NCBI GenBank assembly: GCA_016284315.1
Contig: JAEEOO010000011.1
Coordinates: forward strand, 34,106-98,105
Reading direction: 5' to 3'
From: Lachnospiraceae bacterium
GTDB taxonomy: Bacteria > Bacillota > Clostridia > Lachnospirales > Lachnospiraceae
Length of the DNA: 64,000 bases
Shown here: in pieces, positions 52,923 to 62,361 of the stretch
How the letters are laid out: every line of letters starts with the position of its first letter
How positions within the stretch are numbered: position 1 is the stretch's first letter
Translations under genes and position numbers: made by a program
Notes under the pieces: model-generated
Seen by the model: the letters and a program-made list of their open reading frames with translations, nothing else
The model's database searches: none
Told to the model about the DNA's origin: nothing

Positions 52923-53551
52923 TACTTAGTACCGAATATACGATCTCCGGCATCTCCGAGGCCGGGAACGATGTATGCGTGCTCATTGAGCTTCTCATCA
53001 AGTGCTCCGACATAAAGATCAACATCGGGATGAGCTTCGGTCATAGCCTTGATTCCTTCGGGAGCTGCGATGATGCACATGAAGTGGATGTTCTTGCATC
53101 CCTTGTCCTTAAGCATCTGGATAGCTGCTACTGCTGAACCGCCGGTTGCAAGCATGGGATCTACTACGAATACTTCTCTCTCGCTGCAATCTGCGGGAAG
53201 CTTGCAATAATACTCAACGGGCTTGTGAGATTCGGGATCTCTATAAAGTCCGATGTGACCAACCTTTGCAGCAGGGATAAGATTGAGCATACCGTCAACC
53301 ATTCCAAGACCTGCTCTGAGGATAGGAATTACAGCAAGTTTCTTTCCGCTGAGTTCCTTAACGGTGGTCTTGCAGATAGGGGTGTCGATCTCAACATCCT
53401 TAAGCTTTAAATCTCTTGTTGCTTCATAACAAATAAGCATTGCGATCTCGCTGATGGTATCTCTGAAATCCTTTGTACCGGTATCAGTTCTTCTGATAAA
53501 ACCGATCTTATGCTGAATAAGGGGATGATCCATTACTACTACTTTTGCCAT
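52922..53551 (-). CDS. upp: Uracil phosphoribosyltransferase
   Basis: [42 protein letters not shown]. Confidence 0.97.
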   Translation of the reverse strand: MAKVVVMDHPLIQHKIGFIRRTDTGTKDFRDTISEIAMLICYEATRDLKLKDVEIDTPICKTTVKELSGKKLAVIPILRAGLGMVDGMLNLIPAAKVGHIGLYRDPESHKPVEYYCKLPADCSEREVFVVDPMLATGGSAVAAIQMLKDKGCKNIHFMCIIAAPEGIKAMTEAHPDVDLYVGALDEKLNEHAYIVPGLGDAGDRIFGTK

Positions 53552-53640
53552 TACATAACCTCCTAAAAGTCAAACAAAAATAAATAACTATATAGAATTA
53601 ATTGGATTAATTAATCTTTCAAATTTAAGATGCTTTAATC

Positions 53641-54078
53641 TCAGTCATCAAGCTGGGATACTCTTCTTGCGTGCTTTTCCTCTGCTGAGAAAGGAGTATC
53701 AAAGAATGTATCTACGATCTCCATTGCAAGGTTTTCTCCAACCATCTTTCCGCCAAGCGCAAGCACATTTGCGTTGTTGTGGAGTCTTGTCATCTTTGCG
53801 CTCAAGGGTTCTGAGCAAAGAGCACATCTTACACCCTTAACTTTGTTTGCAGCCATGCTGATACCGATTCCGGTGGTGCAGACTACAACTCCAAAATCTG
53901 CGGCACCTGATGTAACTTCTCTTCCTACTGCTTTACCAAACTGAGGGTAATCGCAACTGTCAAGACTGTAGGTTCCACAGTCCTTAACTTCATAACCTCT
54001 TGCTTCGAGGTGCTTCTTTACGGCTTCCTTCATTTCAAATCCGCCGTGGTCACTTCCTACTGCTACTTTCATTTTCAT
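53641..54078 (-). CDS. rpiB: Ribose-5-phosphate isomerase B
   Basis: GSDHGG, DYP, CTTGIG.SMAANK, HNNANVLALG, HARRV. Confidence 0.93.
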   Translation of the reverse strand: MKMKVAVGSDHGGFEMKEAVKKHLEARGYEVKDCGTYSLDSCDYPQFGKAVGREVTSGAADFGVVVCTTGIGISMAANKVKGVRCALCSEPLSAKMTRLHNNANVLALGGKMVGENLAMEIVDTFFDTPFSAEEKHARRVSQLDD

Positions 54079-54114
54079 TCTCCTATATTATAAATGAATC
54101 CAAAAATGGATTAG

Positions 54115-55188
54115 TTAACACTTGATAAGCTTATGTCCCGCAGCTTTTAAAAGCCTGTTCATGATGGCTGCTCCGAAACCGTCTTTTGCAAAGCTCTCAG
54201 AATAGATTCTTACTACATCTTCATCATCAAAGCTTCTGAGGATCGTGTAGAGCCTGTGAGCTGCTGCCTTTTGATCGCCCTTGGGGCCGGTGAGCATTAC
54301 GACATCTGCGTCATATAACTTTTCATTCTCATCGCAGGCCATTACGCCGGTCTTAAATCCTGCTGCCCTGTCTGCCGCAAGAAGCTCATTGATCTTATTA
54401 ACAACTTCAGAGGACTCGCCTTCAACAATGGTGAGATCACCTTTGGGCGCATAATGTCTGTATTTCATTCCCGGCGCACGAGGCTTTAAGCCACTATCCG
54501 CATCAAGGATCGCTTTGTCCGTTTCAACTTCCGTTCCGAGAACGCTTCCAAGCATTTCATTGGTGATAAATCCGGGTCTTAATACCTGAGGTGGATTGAC
54601 CGTAAGATCGACGATGGTGGATTCAAGTCCGATCTCGCCTTCGCCACCATCTATTATAGCACAAATCCTGCCGTCCATGTCCTCTATGACGTATTTTGCC
54701 TGTGTGGGGCTGGGGCGTCCCGAAATATTGGCGCTGGGAGCCGCAACATATCCCCCTGCCGCCTTGATGAGTTCCTGCGCAACAATATCCGACGGATATC
54801 TTACCGCAACGGTATCAAGCCCTCCGGTTGTCTCCATCGGAACAATATCAGCCTTCTTAAGTATCATTGTAAGAGGGCCCGGCCAGAATGTATCTGCAAG
54901 CATCTTAGCTTCCACAGGAATGTCAGCCGCGATCTTTTTGATATCTCCCCATTCTGCGATATGAACTATGAGCGGATTATCCGACGGTCTTCCCTTCGCG
55001 GCATAGATCTTCTTCGAGGATTCAGGATTTAAAGCATCTCCTCCGAGACCGTAAACAGTTTCTGTAGGGAACGCTACAAGGCCTCCTTCTTTGATGATCT
55101 CGCCGCAGTGCTTTAAAGCTTCAAGATCCTTGGCCGAAAGGCTTCCGTCAGGTCCACTTTTTTCTATATTAATTATTTCTGTTTCCAT
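54115..55188 (-). CDS. sua5: L-threonylcarbamoyladenylate synthase (Sua5 type)
   Basis: FPTETVYGLG, KGRPSDNPLIVH, APSANISG, APGMKYRHYAP; ATG 55188 overlaps upstream TAA. Confidence 0.92.
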   Translation of the reverse strand: METEIINIEKSGPDGSLSAKDLEALKHCGEIIKEGGLVAFPTETVYGLGGDALNPESSKKIYAAKGRPSDNPLIVHIAEWGDIKKIAADIPVEAKMLADTFWPGPLTMILKKADIVPMETTGGLDTVAVRYPSDIVAQELIKAAGGYVAAPSANISGRPSPTQAKYVIEDMDGRICAIIDGGEGEIGLESTIVDLTVNPPQVLRPGFITNEMLGSVLGTEVETDKAILDADSGLKPRAPGMKYRHYAPKGDLTIVEGESSEVVNKINELLAADRAAGFKTGVMACDENEKLYDADVVMLTGPKGDQKAAAHRLYTILRSFDDEDVVRIYSESFAKDGFGAAIMNRLLKAAGHKLIKC

Positions 55189-56918
55189 TACTGAGCGCTG
55201 CTTTCCGTCTTCGTTTCCTTGTACAAGCCGATAAGATTCCAGATATCGTTTGTACCGTAACCGAGTCTCCAAACACCGACACCGCCGATGTTTCTTGCCT
55301 TCATTGCATTTAACTTTGCAGTAATGGACTGGGAATCTTCGAACCATACATAATAGGTAGCGCTTCCGCTCTGCCACTCAGCATAATTCTGACAAGTGGA
55401 CTCATCCCAGTCAAACTTGATGTTGTACTTTGAAATGTATTCTTTCTGGTTATTGAAAGTAAGATATGAGTCGGTAACAGTTCCTCCGTCGCTCTTCCAT
55501 ACGATAGTGTAGAGAGGAAGGGCGTTGATGATCTGCTCGGGAGCTACATTCTCAAGAGTCTTGTCAAGGCCGTAGCAAACGTAATCAAAGCTTGCCACGC
55601 TACCGATATTTCCGCTGTTGTGATAGTGCTCGTCATATCCCATGATGAGGACATAGTCCACAACCTTGCCTTGCACATCGAGATGATAAAAATCATTGAA
55701 ATTAAAAGGCACATAGTTGTCCACTGAAAGGGTAAGTCCCGCAGAGTGGGTAAGTACTGATAGTTCCTTGAGGAACTGTGCGAAGTGAGGTCCGCAGTCA
55801 CTGTTCAATTTCTCGAAGTCAAGGTTAAGTCCGTCAACTCCAAGACTCACTGCCGCATCAACAAGATTTCTCTCAAGGTATCTTCTCTTTGCGGTATTTG
55901 AAAGGATATCGTAATCGTTGATCGAGGTATCACCATTGTCATTACGATAGTTGAAATCATCTGCCACAGCCCAGACCTTAAGTCCCTTGCCGTGTGCGGT
56001 CTCAACATAGGAAGTGCTTCCGAAGTTCCTGATATCGCCTTCGTTGTTGTTGAGTGAAAACCAGGTGGGCGCGATCACGTTCATGCCCTTAGCTTCTTCA
56101 ATAGCGCTGTAAATAGTATCGTTTCCTGCAGTTCCGGCAATGGCATTAAATCCGAGAACCACCTTTTCGTCCATCAATATGGGATCAAATGTAGAAACAT
56201 CGGGAGCAATAGGAGTTCCATAGCTTGCAAGTCCTGCACTCTTAAGCCTCTTGTTCTCGATATATCCGATGAAGGCGTCGGAGGTCATTACCTTGCTCCA
56301 TTCCTCCATAGCCTCGATGAGTTCAACTTTCTCGCCCTTTTCAACTTCTCTCAGGATAGGACTCTTTACACCGCCGAGAGTTCTGATCTGGGTATTGGAA
56401 GTAACTTCCATGGAATCATAGTCTCCGCCGGCAGTCAAAATATAGACATGGCTGTCATAAATGTTATAGCTGAGGCTCATAAACTTAGAAACATAATCCG
56501 CGGAAATATAAATAAGTCCGTTGTTCTTGATGCATGCTGCATTGGGGAGGGAATAACCTTCTCCGCCGATGCCGTAGGCAGTGCTGTCAAGATTGGTCTC
56601 ATAGGTTCCGTCGGCAGTGGTGAACATCAAAGTTCCGCCGTTATAGTTCTCGTCAAAATAAAAGCCTTCACCGATCTTGTCAACAACGGTATCAAATTTC
56701 AAATAGCAGACACCGTCACGGATAAGCGCCTTGTCGGCGATCTTTTCATTTTTAAGGATAATGGCTGATTCTTCTCCGCTAACGCCGAAATGCTCTTGTA
56801 AATCTGCCATTTCGGTACCATAGGAATACTTTTCGAAAAGTCCTCTTCCGAGGCCGAAATAAGCGATTATAAGAATGGCAACTATTGCTACCGCTACTGC
56901 AATTAATTTCTTTTTCAT
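55188..56918 (-). CDS. Membrane-anchored GH18 hydrolase with SH3-like domain
   Basis: N-terminal TM, SH3b-like segment (EEWSKV...GYI), DGLNLDFE, MGYDEH, GVGVWRLG. Confidence 0.85.
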   Translation of the reverse strand: MKKKLIAVAVAIVAILIIAYFGLGRGLFEKYSYGTEMADLQEHFGVSGEESAIILKNEKIADKALIRDGVCYLKFDTVVDKIGEGFYFDENYNGGTLMFTTADGTYETNLDSTAYGIGGEGYSLPNAACIKNNGLIYISADYVSKFMSLSYNIYDSHVYILTAGGDYDSMEVTSNTQIRTLGGVKSPILREVEKGEKVELIEAMEEWSKVMTSDAFIGYIENKRLKSAGLASYGTPIAPDVSTFDPILMDEKVVLGFNAIAGTAGNDTIYSAIEEAKGMNVIAPTWFSLNNNEGDIRNFGSTSYVETAHGKGLKVWAVADDFNYRNDNGDTSINDYDILSNTAKRRYLERNLVDAAVSLGVDGLNLDFEKLNSDCGPHFAQFLKELSVLTHSAGLTLSVDNYVPFNFNDFYHLDVQGKVVDYVLIMGYDEHYHNSGNIGSVASFDYVCYGLDKTLENVAPEQIINALPLYTIVWKSDGGTVTDSYLTFNNQKEYISKYNIKFDWDESTCQNYAEWQSGSATYYVWFEDSQSITAKLNAMKARNIGGVGVWRLGYGTNDIWNLIGLYKETKTESSAQ

Positions 56919-57732
56919 ATCTTTAGTCCTGTATTTCTTTTTGATTTCGCCACAAAAAATGGTGTGCCGATAAGTAGTTACGTCCCTTAGACAATATGTT
57001 TTTTTACATACGTCTGGGCATACATACTTATCATAACACACCATTTTAATGCCGTCATTACCAAATTTTTTATCCGCCTTTGCTTAGCGACAGTTCCTGT
57101 CTGTTTTTATGCGGATAACCAGGATGTATTATGGTAAAACAAAAAAAACCGGCTTCCTTCGCAAAAGGAATGTGATATATTTTCAAAACGGTTAGCAAAG
57201 CAGGCCTAAATAAACTTTGGGTTTCTCAAAAAAAATTGGGAGATTAAATTATCGAACGATGTCAGAATTGTATTGTTTAAGAACCGGTATACCCTCTTAT
57301 CGACGGAAGGCATAGTGGATTTATGGCTGTAAATACGATCATAGAGCATGATCGGTTGACATTATTTACAAACCGACAGAACATTATTCGACAAAAAGCT
57401 CCTCACTCCTTTCCAAGGCGTAGATTTGCTTTTGCTGAAGCCGATTATAGAGATGTTTAAAAGCCGCTTCAAGTGCTTTTTTCCTTCGTCATTTTTCATA
57501 CTACAAAGACTGTTTTAGCCGGGAAAAGGTATGGAATTCAGTTTCAAATGCCCTGAATCCCTGTATTTCACGCTTTTGTGCATTCCTCACAAGAAGTGTG
57601 TGACACACATGTCACACCGCCCTTCTTTTTGTGAAATCTGCACATGGCAAACCCTTGAATTTAGACCTTTTCCCCCTTATATTTTCCGCATAAAATAACG
57701 ATAAACTTTTTATAAAATAAACATCATATATA

Positions 57733-57761
57733 TTGACTTAATCACCGCAAAAAGATATAGT
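57733..57761 (+). promoter_or_regulatory. Sigma-A promoter of mecA
   Basis: TTGACT-17 nt-TATAGT. Confidence 0.65.
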
Positions 57762-57818
57762 GAGTAAAACTCATAGAGATGAGCGGTTTTTCCTATAAAA
57801 ATATAGGAGGAGACAATT

Positions 57819-58520
57819 ATGAAGATCGAAAAGTTAAACGACAATCAGATCCGCTGCACGCTCACCAGAGATGACCTCGCAAAGCGCAATCTTCGCATCG
57901 GAGAACTTGCCTATGGTTCGGAAAAAACCCAGAACCTTTTCCGCGAGATGGTCAAACAGGCTGATTATGAGTACGGTTTCGACACAGAGAACATTCCTCT
58001 TGTAGTCGAAGCGATACCCACAAACACCGGCAGCATTGTTCTGATAATCACAAAAATTGAAGATCCCGAAGAGCTTGATACCCGGTTTTCACGCTTTTCT
58101 CCCTATAATGGTCCTACAGAAGACGAAGATGAAGACGAGGATGGCGAGGATTATGTAAGCAGCCTCTTCTCAAAACCTGAACCCGTGCAGCCCTCCTTTG
58201 GCGATATGCTTAAAGAAGCTCTTACCGAAGAGGCTCCCAAACACAGCTTCGTGTTTACCTTCACTTCCCTCTCCAGAGTCATGACCTTTGCCCGCCAGGC
58301 AGGCCACTTTAGCGGAGACACGGTGCTCTACAAAGCTTCCGATAATAAGTATCTCCTTGTTATCAAGCCTGAGAGCGCATCTAAAGACGAGTTTAAACGC
58401 ATCTGCCTTCTTGCTTCCGAGTACGGAACAGGAAAGAGCATTCCAAATACTACATGCGAATTCATGAAAGAGCACAATGATGTTCTCATCGAGAGCAAGG
58501 CAGTAGAAAAGCTCGCATAA
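57819..58520 (+). CDS. mecA: ClpC adaptor protein MecA
   Basis: MKIEKLNDNQIRCTLT..DL..R, acidic linker, LASEYG, EHNDVLIE. Confidence 0.9.
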   Translation: MKIEKLNDNQIRCTLTRDDLAKRNLRIGELAYGSEKTQNLFREMVKQADYEYGFDTENIPLVVEAIPTNTGSIVLIITKIEDPEELDTRFSRFSPYNGPTEDEDEDEDGEDYVSSLFSKPEPVQPSFGDMLKEALTEEAPKHSFVFTFTSLSRVMTFARQAGHFSGDTVLYKASDNKYLLVIKPESASKDEFKRICLLASEYGTGKSIPNTTCEFMKEHNDVLIESKAVEKLA

Positions 58521-58541
58521 CCAAAAATCCATAAAAATAAC

Positions 58542-58575
58542 AAAGATCGCAAGGAAAAATCCCTGCGATCTTTTT
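58542..58575. terminator. Bidirectional terminator
   Basis: AAAGATCGCA.GG/CC.TGCGATCTTT with T-tracts. Confidence 0.7.
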
Positions 58576-58608
58576 GTTTTCAATATTCTCATTTACCGAT
58601 CAAGGTCA

Positions 58609-58800
58609 TTATGCCTGCTCAATAGCCTTCATAAGTTCATCGATATCGATGCCGTGAACAGCCGCTGCCATCTCAAGAGACTCGCCTGCTGATGAAGGGC
58701 ATCCGATGCAATGCATTCCTGCGCTCATAAGAATAGGAATAACGTCGGGCTCCTTGGTAATGATCTCGCCCATGGTCATTTCTTTTGTGATACCGGTCAT
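58609..58800 (-). CDS. DUF1858 small redox-domain protein
   Basis: [18 protein letters not shown]...ESLE.AA.VHGID; GGAGG RBS. Confidence 0.85.
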   Translation of the reverse strand: MTGITKEMTMGEIITKEPDVIPILMSAGMHCIGCPSSAGESLEMAAAVHGIDIDELMKAIEQA

Positions 58801-58991
58801 TATATATTCCTCCGTGTGAATTTGTTACTGAAACTACTACACTTTTATAACTTTTTGAGACTTTAGTCAATAACCTCCGTATTAAAGTTTTCTAAACTTT
58901 CCTTGCTTTTTAATGATGAAGTGCTGAATTTTGTAGATAAATCGGACAAATTTCAGCATATTTTTGGCATATATTTTACACCCCTCTTCGC

Positions 58992-59020
58992 TTGACTATG
59001 CTTCTCTAATTACCTATAAT
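58992..59020 (+). promoter_or_regulatory. Sigma-A promoter of pfl operon
   Basis: TTGACT-17 nt-TATAAT. Confidence 0.75.
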
Positions 59021-59094
59021 TATAAGAAGTCACATTAGGAGCCGAATCGGCTTCAATTTGTAAACCAATTTTATATTATAGGAGGCATTTTATA

Positions 59095-61134
59095 ATGAGA
59101 CCTGAATGGCAAGATTTTGTAACAGGTAAGTGGGACAGAGAAATCAATGTCCGCGACTTCATCCAGAGAAACTACACTCCCTATGACGGAGATGAGAGTT
59201 TCTTAGCAGGCCCTACCCAGAACACTAAGGACCTCTGGGCAATGGTTCTTGATCTTCAGAAGAAGGAGCGTGAAGCAGGCGGCGTTCTCGATATGGACAC
59301 CAAGGTTGTATCAACCATCACTTCACACGGCCCCGGATATCTTGACAAGAGCAAGGAGACCATCGTAGGTTTCCAGACCGATAAGCCTTTCAAGAGATCA
59401 CTTCAGCCCTATGGTGGTATCCGTATGGCAGAGAAGGCTTGCTCAGACAACGGATACGAAGTTGATCCTGAGATCTCAGAGTTCTTCACCACTCACAGAA
59501 AGACCCACAACGCAGGCTGCTTCGATGCTTACAACGCAGAGATGAGAGCATGCCGTTCTTCACACATCATCACCGGACTTCCTGATGCTTACGGACGTGG
59601 ACGTATCATCGGCGACTATCGTCGTGTTGCCCTCTACGGTATCGACAGACTTATCGAAGATAAGCAGGCACAGAAGGATTCTACCGGACGTGTTATGACC
59701 GATGACGTTATCCGTCTTCGTGAAGAGCTTTCCGAGCAGATGTTAGCTCTTAAGATGATGAAGGAAATGGCAGCATCTTACGGATGCGACATCTCCAAGC
59801 CCGCAGCTAACGTACAGGAAGCTATTCAGTGGACTTACTTCGGATACCTTTGCTCAGTTAAGGAGCAGAACGGTGCAGCTATGTCCCTTGGACGTACTTC
59901 AACCTTCATCGACTGCTACGCTCAGCGTGACCTTAAGAACGGAACCTTCACCGAGGAGCAGATCCAGGAGTTCATTGATCACTTCATCATGAAGCTTCGT
60001 TGCGTAAAGTTCGCTCGTACTCCCGAGTACAACCAGATCTTCGCCGGCGATCCCGTATGGGTTACCGAGTCTCTCGGCGGTGTAGGTGTTGACGGAAGAC
60101 ACATGGTTACCAAGACCTCTTTCCGTTACCTCCACACTCTTGAGAACCTTGGTGCATCACCCGAGCCCAACCTCACTGTTCTCTGGTCAACCAGACTTCC
60201 CGAGGGATGGAAGAAGTACTGCGCTAAGATCTCTATCACCACATCTTCAATCCAGTACGAGAACGACGACCTTATGAGAGTTGTTCACGGCGATGACTAC
60301 GGAATCGCTTGCTGCGTATCTTCAATGAGAATCGGTAAGGAAATGCAGTTCTTCGGAGCACGTGCTAACCTTGCTAAGTGCTTACTCTACGCTCTTAACG
60401 GCGGTATCGATGAAGTTACCAAGAAGCAGGTTGGACCTAAGTATCGTCCTGTAACCGGCGATGTTCTTGACTATGACGATGTTATGGACAAGTTCATGGA
60501 TATGATGGAGTGGCAGGCTGACGTTTACGTTAACACCCTCAACATCATCCACTACATGCATGATAAGTACTGCTATGAGAGAGCAGAGATGGCTCTTCAT
60601 GACAGAGACGTTAAGAGATACTTCGCAACAGGTGTTGCAGGTCTTTCAATCGTTGCTGACTCACTTTCAGCTATCAAGTACGCTAAGGTTGAAGTTATCC
60701 GTGACGAGGATGGCATCATCGTAGACTTCAAGACTACCGGTGACTTCCCTAAGTACGGAAACGACGATGACCGTGTAGATGATATCGCTCAGGATATCGT
60801 TCACAAGTTCATGACTGCTGTTAGACGTCATCACACCTACAGAAACGGTGTTCCTACAACCTCTATCCTTACCATTACTTCAAACGTTACTTACGGTAAG
60901 GCTACCGGTAATACTCCTGACGGACGTAAGAAGGGACAGCCTTTCGCTCCCGGTGCTAACCCTATGCACGGCCGTGATACCCACGGTGCTGTTGCATCCC
61001 TTTCATCTGTATCAAAGCTTCCTTTCAATGATGCACAGGATGGTATCTCAAATACCTTCACCATCATCCCCGGAGCTCTTGGTAAAGAGGATCAGGTATT
61101 CGCAGGTGACATCGAGCTTGACCTTAATAAATAA
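59095..61134 (+). CDS. pflB: Pyruvate formate-lyase catalytic barrel, lacking the glycyl-radical domain
   Basis: [31 protein letters not shown] active site, [16 protein letters not shown]; ends without RVSGY. Confidence 0.93.
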   Translation: MRPEWQDFVTGKWDREINVRDFIQRNYTPYDGDESFLAGPTQNTKDLWAMVLDLQKKEREAGGVLDMDTKVVSTITSHGPGYLDKSKETIVGFQTDKPFKRSLQPYGGIRMAEKACSDNGYEVDPEISEFFTTHRKTHNAGCFDAYNAEMRACRSSHIITGLPDAYGRGRIIGDYRRVALYGIDRLIEDKQAQKDSTGRVMTDDVIRLREELSEQMLALKMMKEMAASYGCDISKPAANVQEAIQWTYFGYLCSVKEQNGAAMSLGRTSTFIDCYAQRDLKNGTFTEEQIQEFIDHFIMKLRCVKFARTPEYNQIFAGDPVWVTESLGGVGVDGRHMVTKTSFRYLHTLENLGASPEPNLTVLWSTRLPEGWKKYCAKISITTSSIQYENDDLMRVVHGDDYGIACCVSSMRIGKEMQFFGARANLAKCLLYALNGGIDEVTKKQVGPKYRPVTGDVLDYDDVMDKFMDMMEWQADVYVNTLNIIHYMHDKYCYERAEMALHDRDVKRYFATGVAGLSIVADSLSAIKYAKVEVIRDEDGIIVDFKTTGDFPKYGNDDDRVDDIAQDIVHKFMTAVRRHHTYRNGVPTTSILTITSNVTYGKATGNTPDGRKKGQPFAPGANPMHGRDTHGAVASLSSVSKLPFNDAQDGISNTFTIIPGALGKEDQVFAGDIELDLNK

Positions 61135-61136
61135 GA

Positions 61137-61251
61137 GCGATGCGCTTCTCGTACTTTGAGAAGCCATGAAAAATCGCGATGCACTAACGCGTTTTTCATA
61201 CGAAGCGCAGCGGAGTATCGCGCAAGCCACATCGTACTTTGATGTGGCTTG
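61137..61251 (+). repeat. Structured intergenic element, copy 2 (four-helix, after pflB stop)
   Basis: Stems GCGAT/ATCGC, GCTTCTC/GAGAAGC, ATGAAAAA..TTTTTCAT, CAAGCCACATC/GATGTGGCTTG; two GTACTTT loops. Confidence 0.7.
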
Positions 61252-61280
61252 AGATTAAGAAATATGATAAGGAGGCGGTT

Positions 61281-61484
61281 ATGGACGAGAAGAATCAGAT
61301 CGACGATCTCATTAAAATGCTGGATAACGGCATGGCAAAAGGCGTAGGACATGTAAATGTCGAAACCTCAGAAGAAACCGATGAAAAATGTGACGTTCAG
61401 ACAATGGGCTGCACAGATTGTTCCAGAACACCACTTGCATGTAGTGTTCCCACACTCCATGACGGCCTGGACGATTTCAAGTAA
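61281..61484 (+). CDS. 67-aa Cys-rich protein resembling the N-terminus of the glycyl-radical domain
   Basis: AAGGAGG RBS before ATG 61281; [23 protein letters not shown] then C-x6-C-x2-C-x6-C. Confidence 0.7.
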   Translation: MDEKNQIDDLIKMLDNGMAKGVGHVNVETSEETDEKCDVQTMGCTDCSRTPLACSVPTLHDGLDDFK

Positions 61485-61503
61485 TTCTACAGGAGGAAAT
61501 AAA

Positions 61504-61749
61504 ATGGCACAGGCAAATAGTGCACAGGTTAATAACCTTGTAAATCTTCTTGATGGATACGCTACCAAGGGTGGCCACCATCTTAACGTAAACGTACTTA
61601 ACAGAGATACCCTTCTCGATGCTCAGCAGCATCCCGAGAACTATCCTCAGCTTACTATCCGTGTATCAGGATACGCAGTAAACTTCATTAAGCTTACTCC
61701 CGATCAGCAGGCTGACGTTATCTCTCGTACCTTCCACGAGGCTATCTAA
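61504..61749 (+). CDS. Stand-alone glycyl-radical domain (GrcA/YfiD-like) completing PflB
   Basis: AGGAGG RBS; [37 protein letters not shown]. Confidence 0.92.
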   Translation: MAQANSAQVNNLVNLLDGYATKGGHHLNVNVLNRDTLLDAQQHPENYPQLTIRVSGYAVNFIKLTPDQQADVISRTFHEAI

Positions 61750-61781
61750 TTTAGTCTTTGTGAATACAAAAGAATAACGAT

Positions 61782-61854
61782 AAAGACCATCGCATTACTG
61801 CGGTGGTCTTTTTTATCCCGTTAAACAAAAATGGAGTCCATAAGGACTCCATTT
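61782..61854. terminator. Back-to-back terminators of pfl operon (+) and convergent gene (-)
   Basis: AAAGACCATCGCA/TGCGGTGGTCTTTTTT and AAATGGAGTCC/GGACTCCATTT. Confidence 0.75.
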
Positions 61855-61868
61855 CTTTATCTCAGAAT

Positions 61869-62189
61869 TTATGCTTCGTTTCCCTTGCCAAACTCATTGG
61901 CTAAGAATTCTTTTACCTTGGGATTCTGCATCATCTTAATTGCTTCGATAGCACATTGATAAATCATTGCCATCTGTCTTGAAGCGGGCTCGTTAAGATC
62001 ACATTTAGCCTTAACGGTCTGGAAATGCTTAATTGCCTCTTCTGCAACGGATGCCGAAATTGCCATTCCCTCGCAGTAGAAAGTACCTGTATCTGCATCA
62101 AATCTAGAACCTTCAAATTTAGTCTGCGCAAACTGTCCTGCGCCCATAGAAGCCGCCAACTGATTAATTAAGTCAGCTCTGTCTGCCAT
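61869..62189 (-). CDS. Hypothetical protein (106 aa)
   Basis: AGGAGG RBS before ATG 62189, own terminator; no recognisable motif. Confidence 0.7.
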   Translation of the reverse strand: MADRADLINQLAASMGAGQFAQTKFEGSRFDADTGTFYCEGMAISASVAEEAIKHFQTVKAKCDLNEPASRQMAMIYQCAIEAIKMMQNPKVKEFLANEFGKGNEA

Positions 62190-62361
62190 ATAAACCTCCT
62201 GTTTAATACTATTATATACATCTACTGTTACTATGGTTAATTGGGGTATAACTCGTATGTAAACATATATTAACACAGCAGGCAAAAAAGTATTATAGGC
62301 ATCATCAAAAAATATCGGAAACTATTTCTATATTTTTAGTTTCTTTGACGAATCTTTTTTA

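Noticed and set aside
59095-61134. pflB as a truncated pseudogene
   Set aside because: Intact 679-aa frame, active site, promoter and strong codon bias; the missing domain is encoded 370 bp downstream
61093-61530. Intron or translational bypass rejoining pflB and the radical domain (same frame; CAGGT/QV on both sides)
   Set aside because: Same frame has a 1-in-3 chance. The join would be about two residues shorter than E. coli PFL, no group I/II intron motifs are visible, and both downstream ORFs have their own strong RBS.
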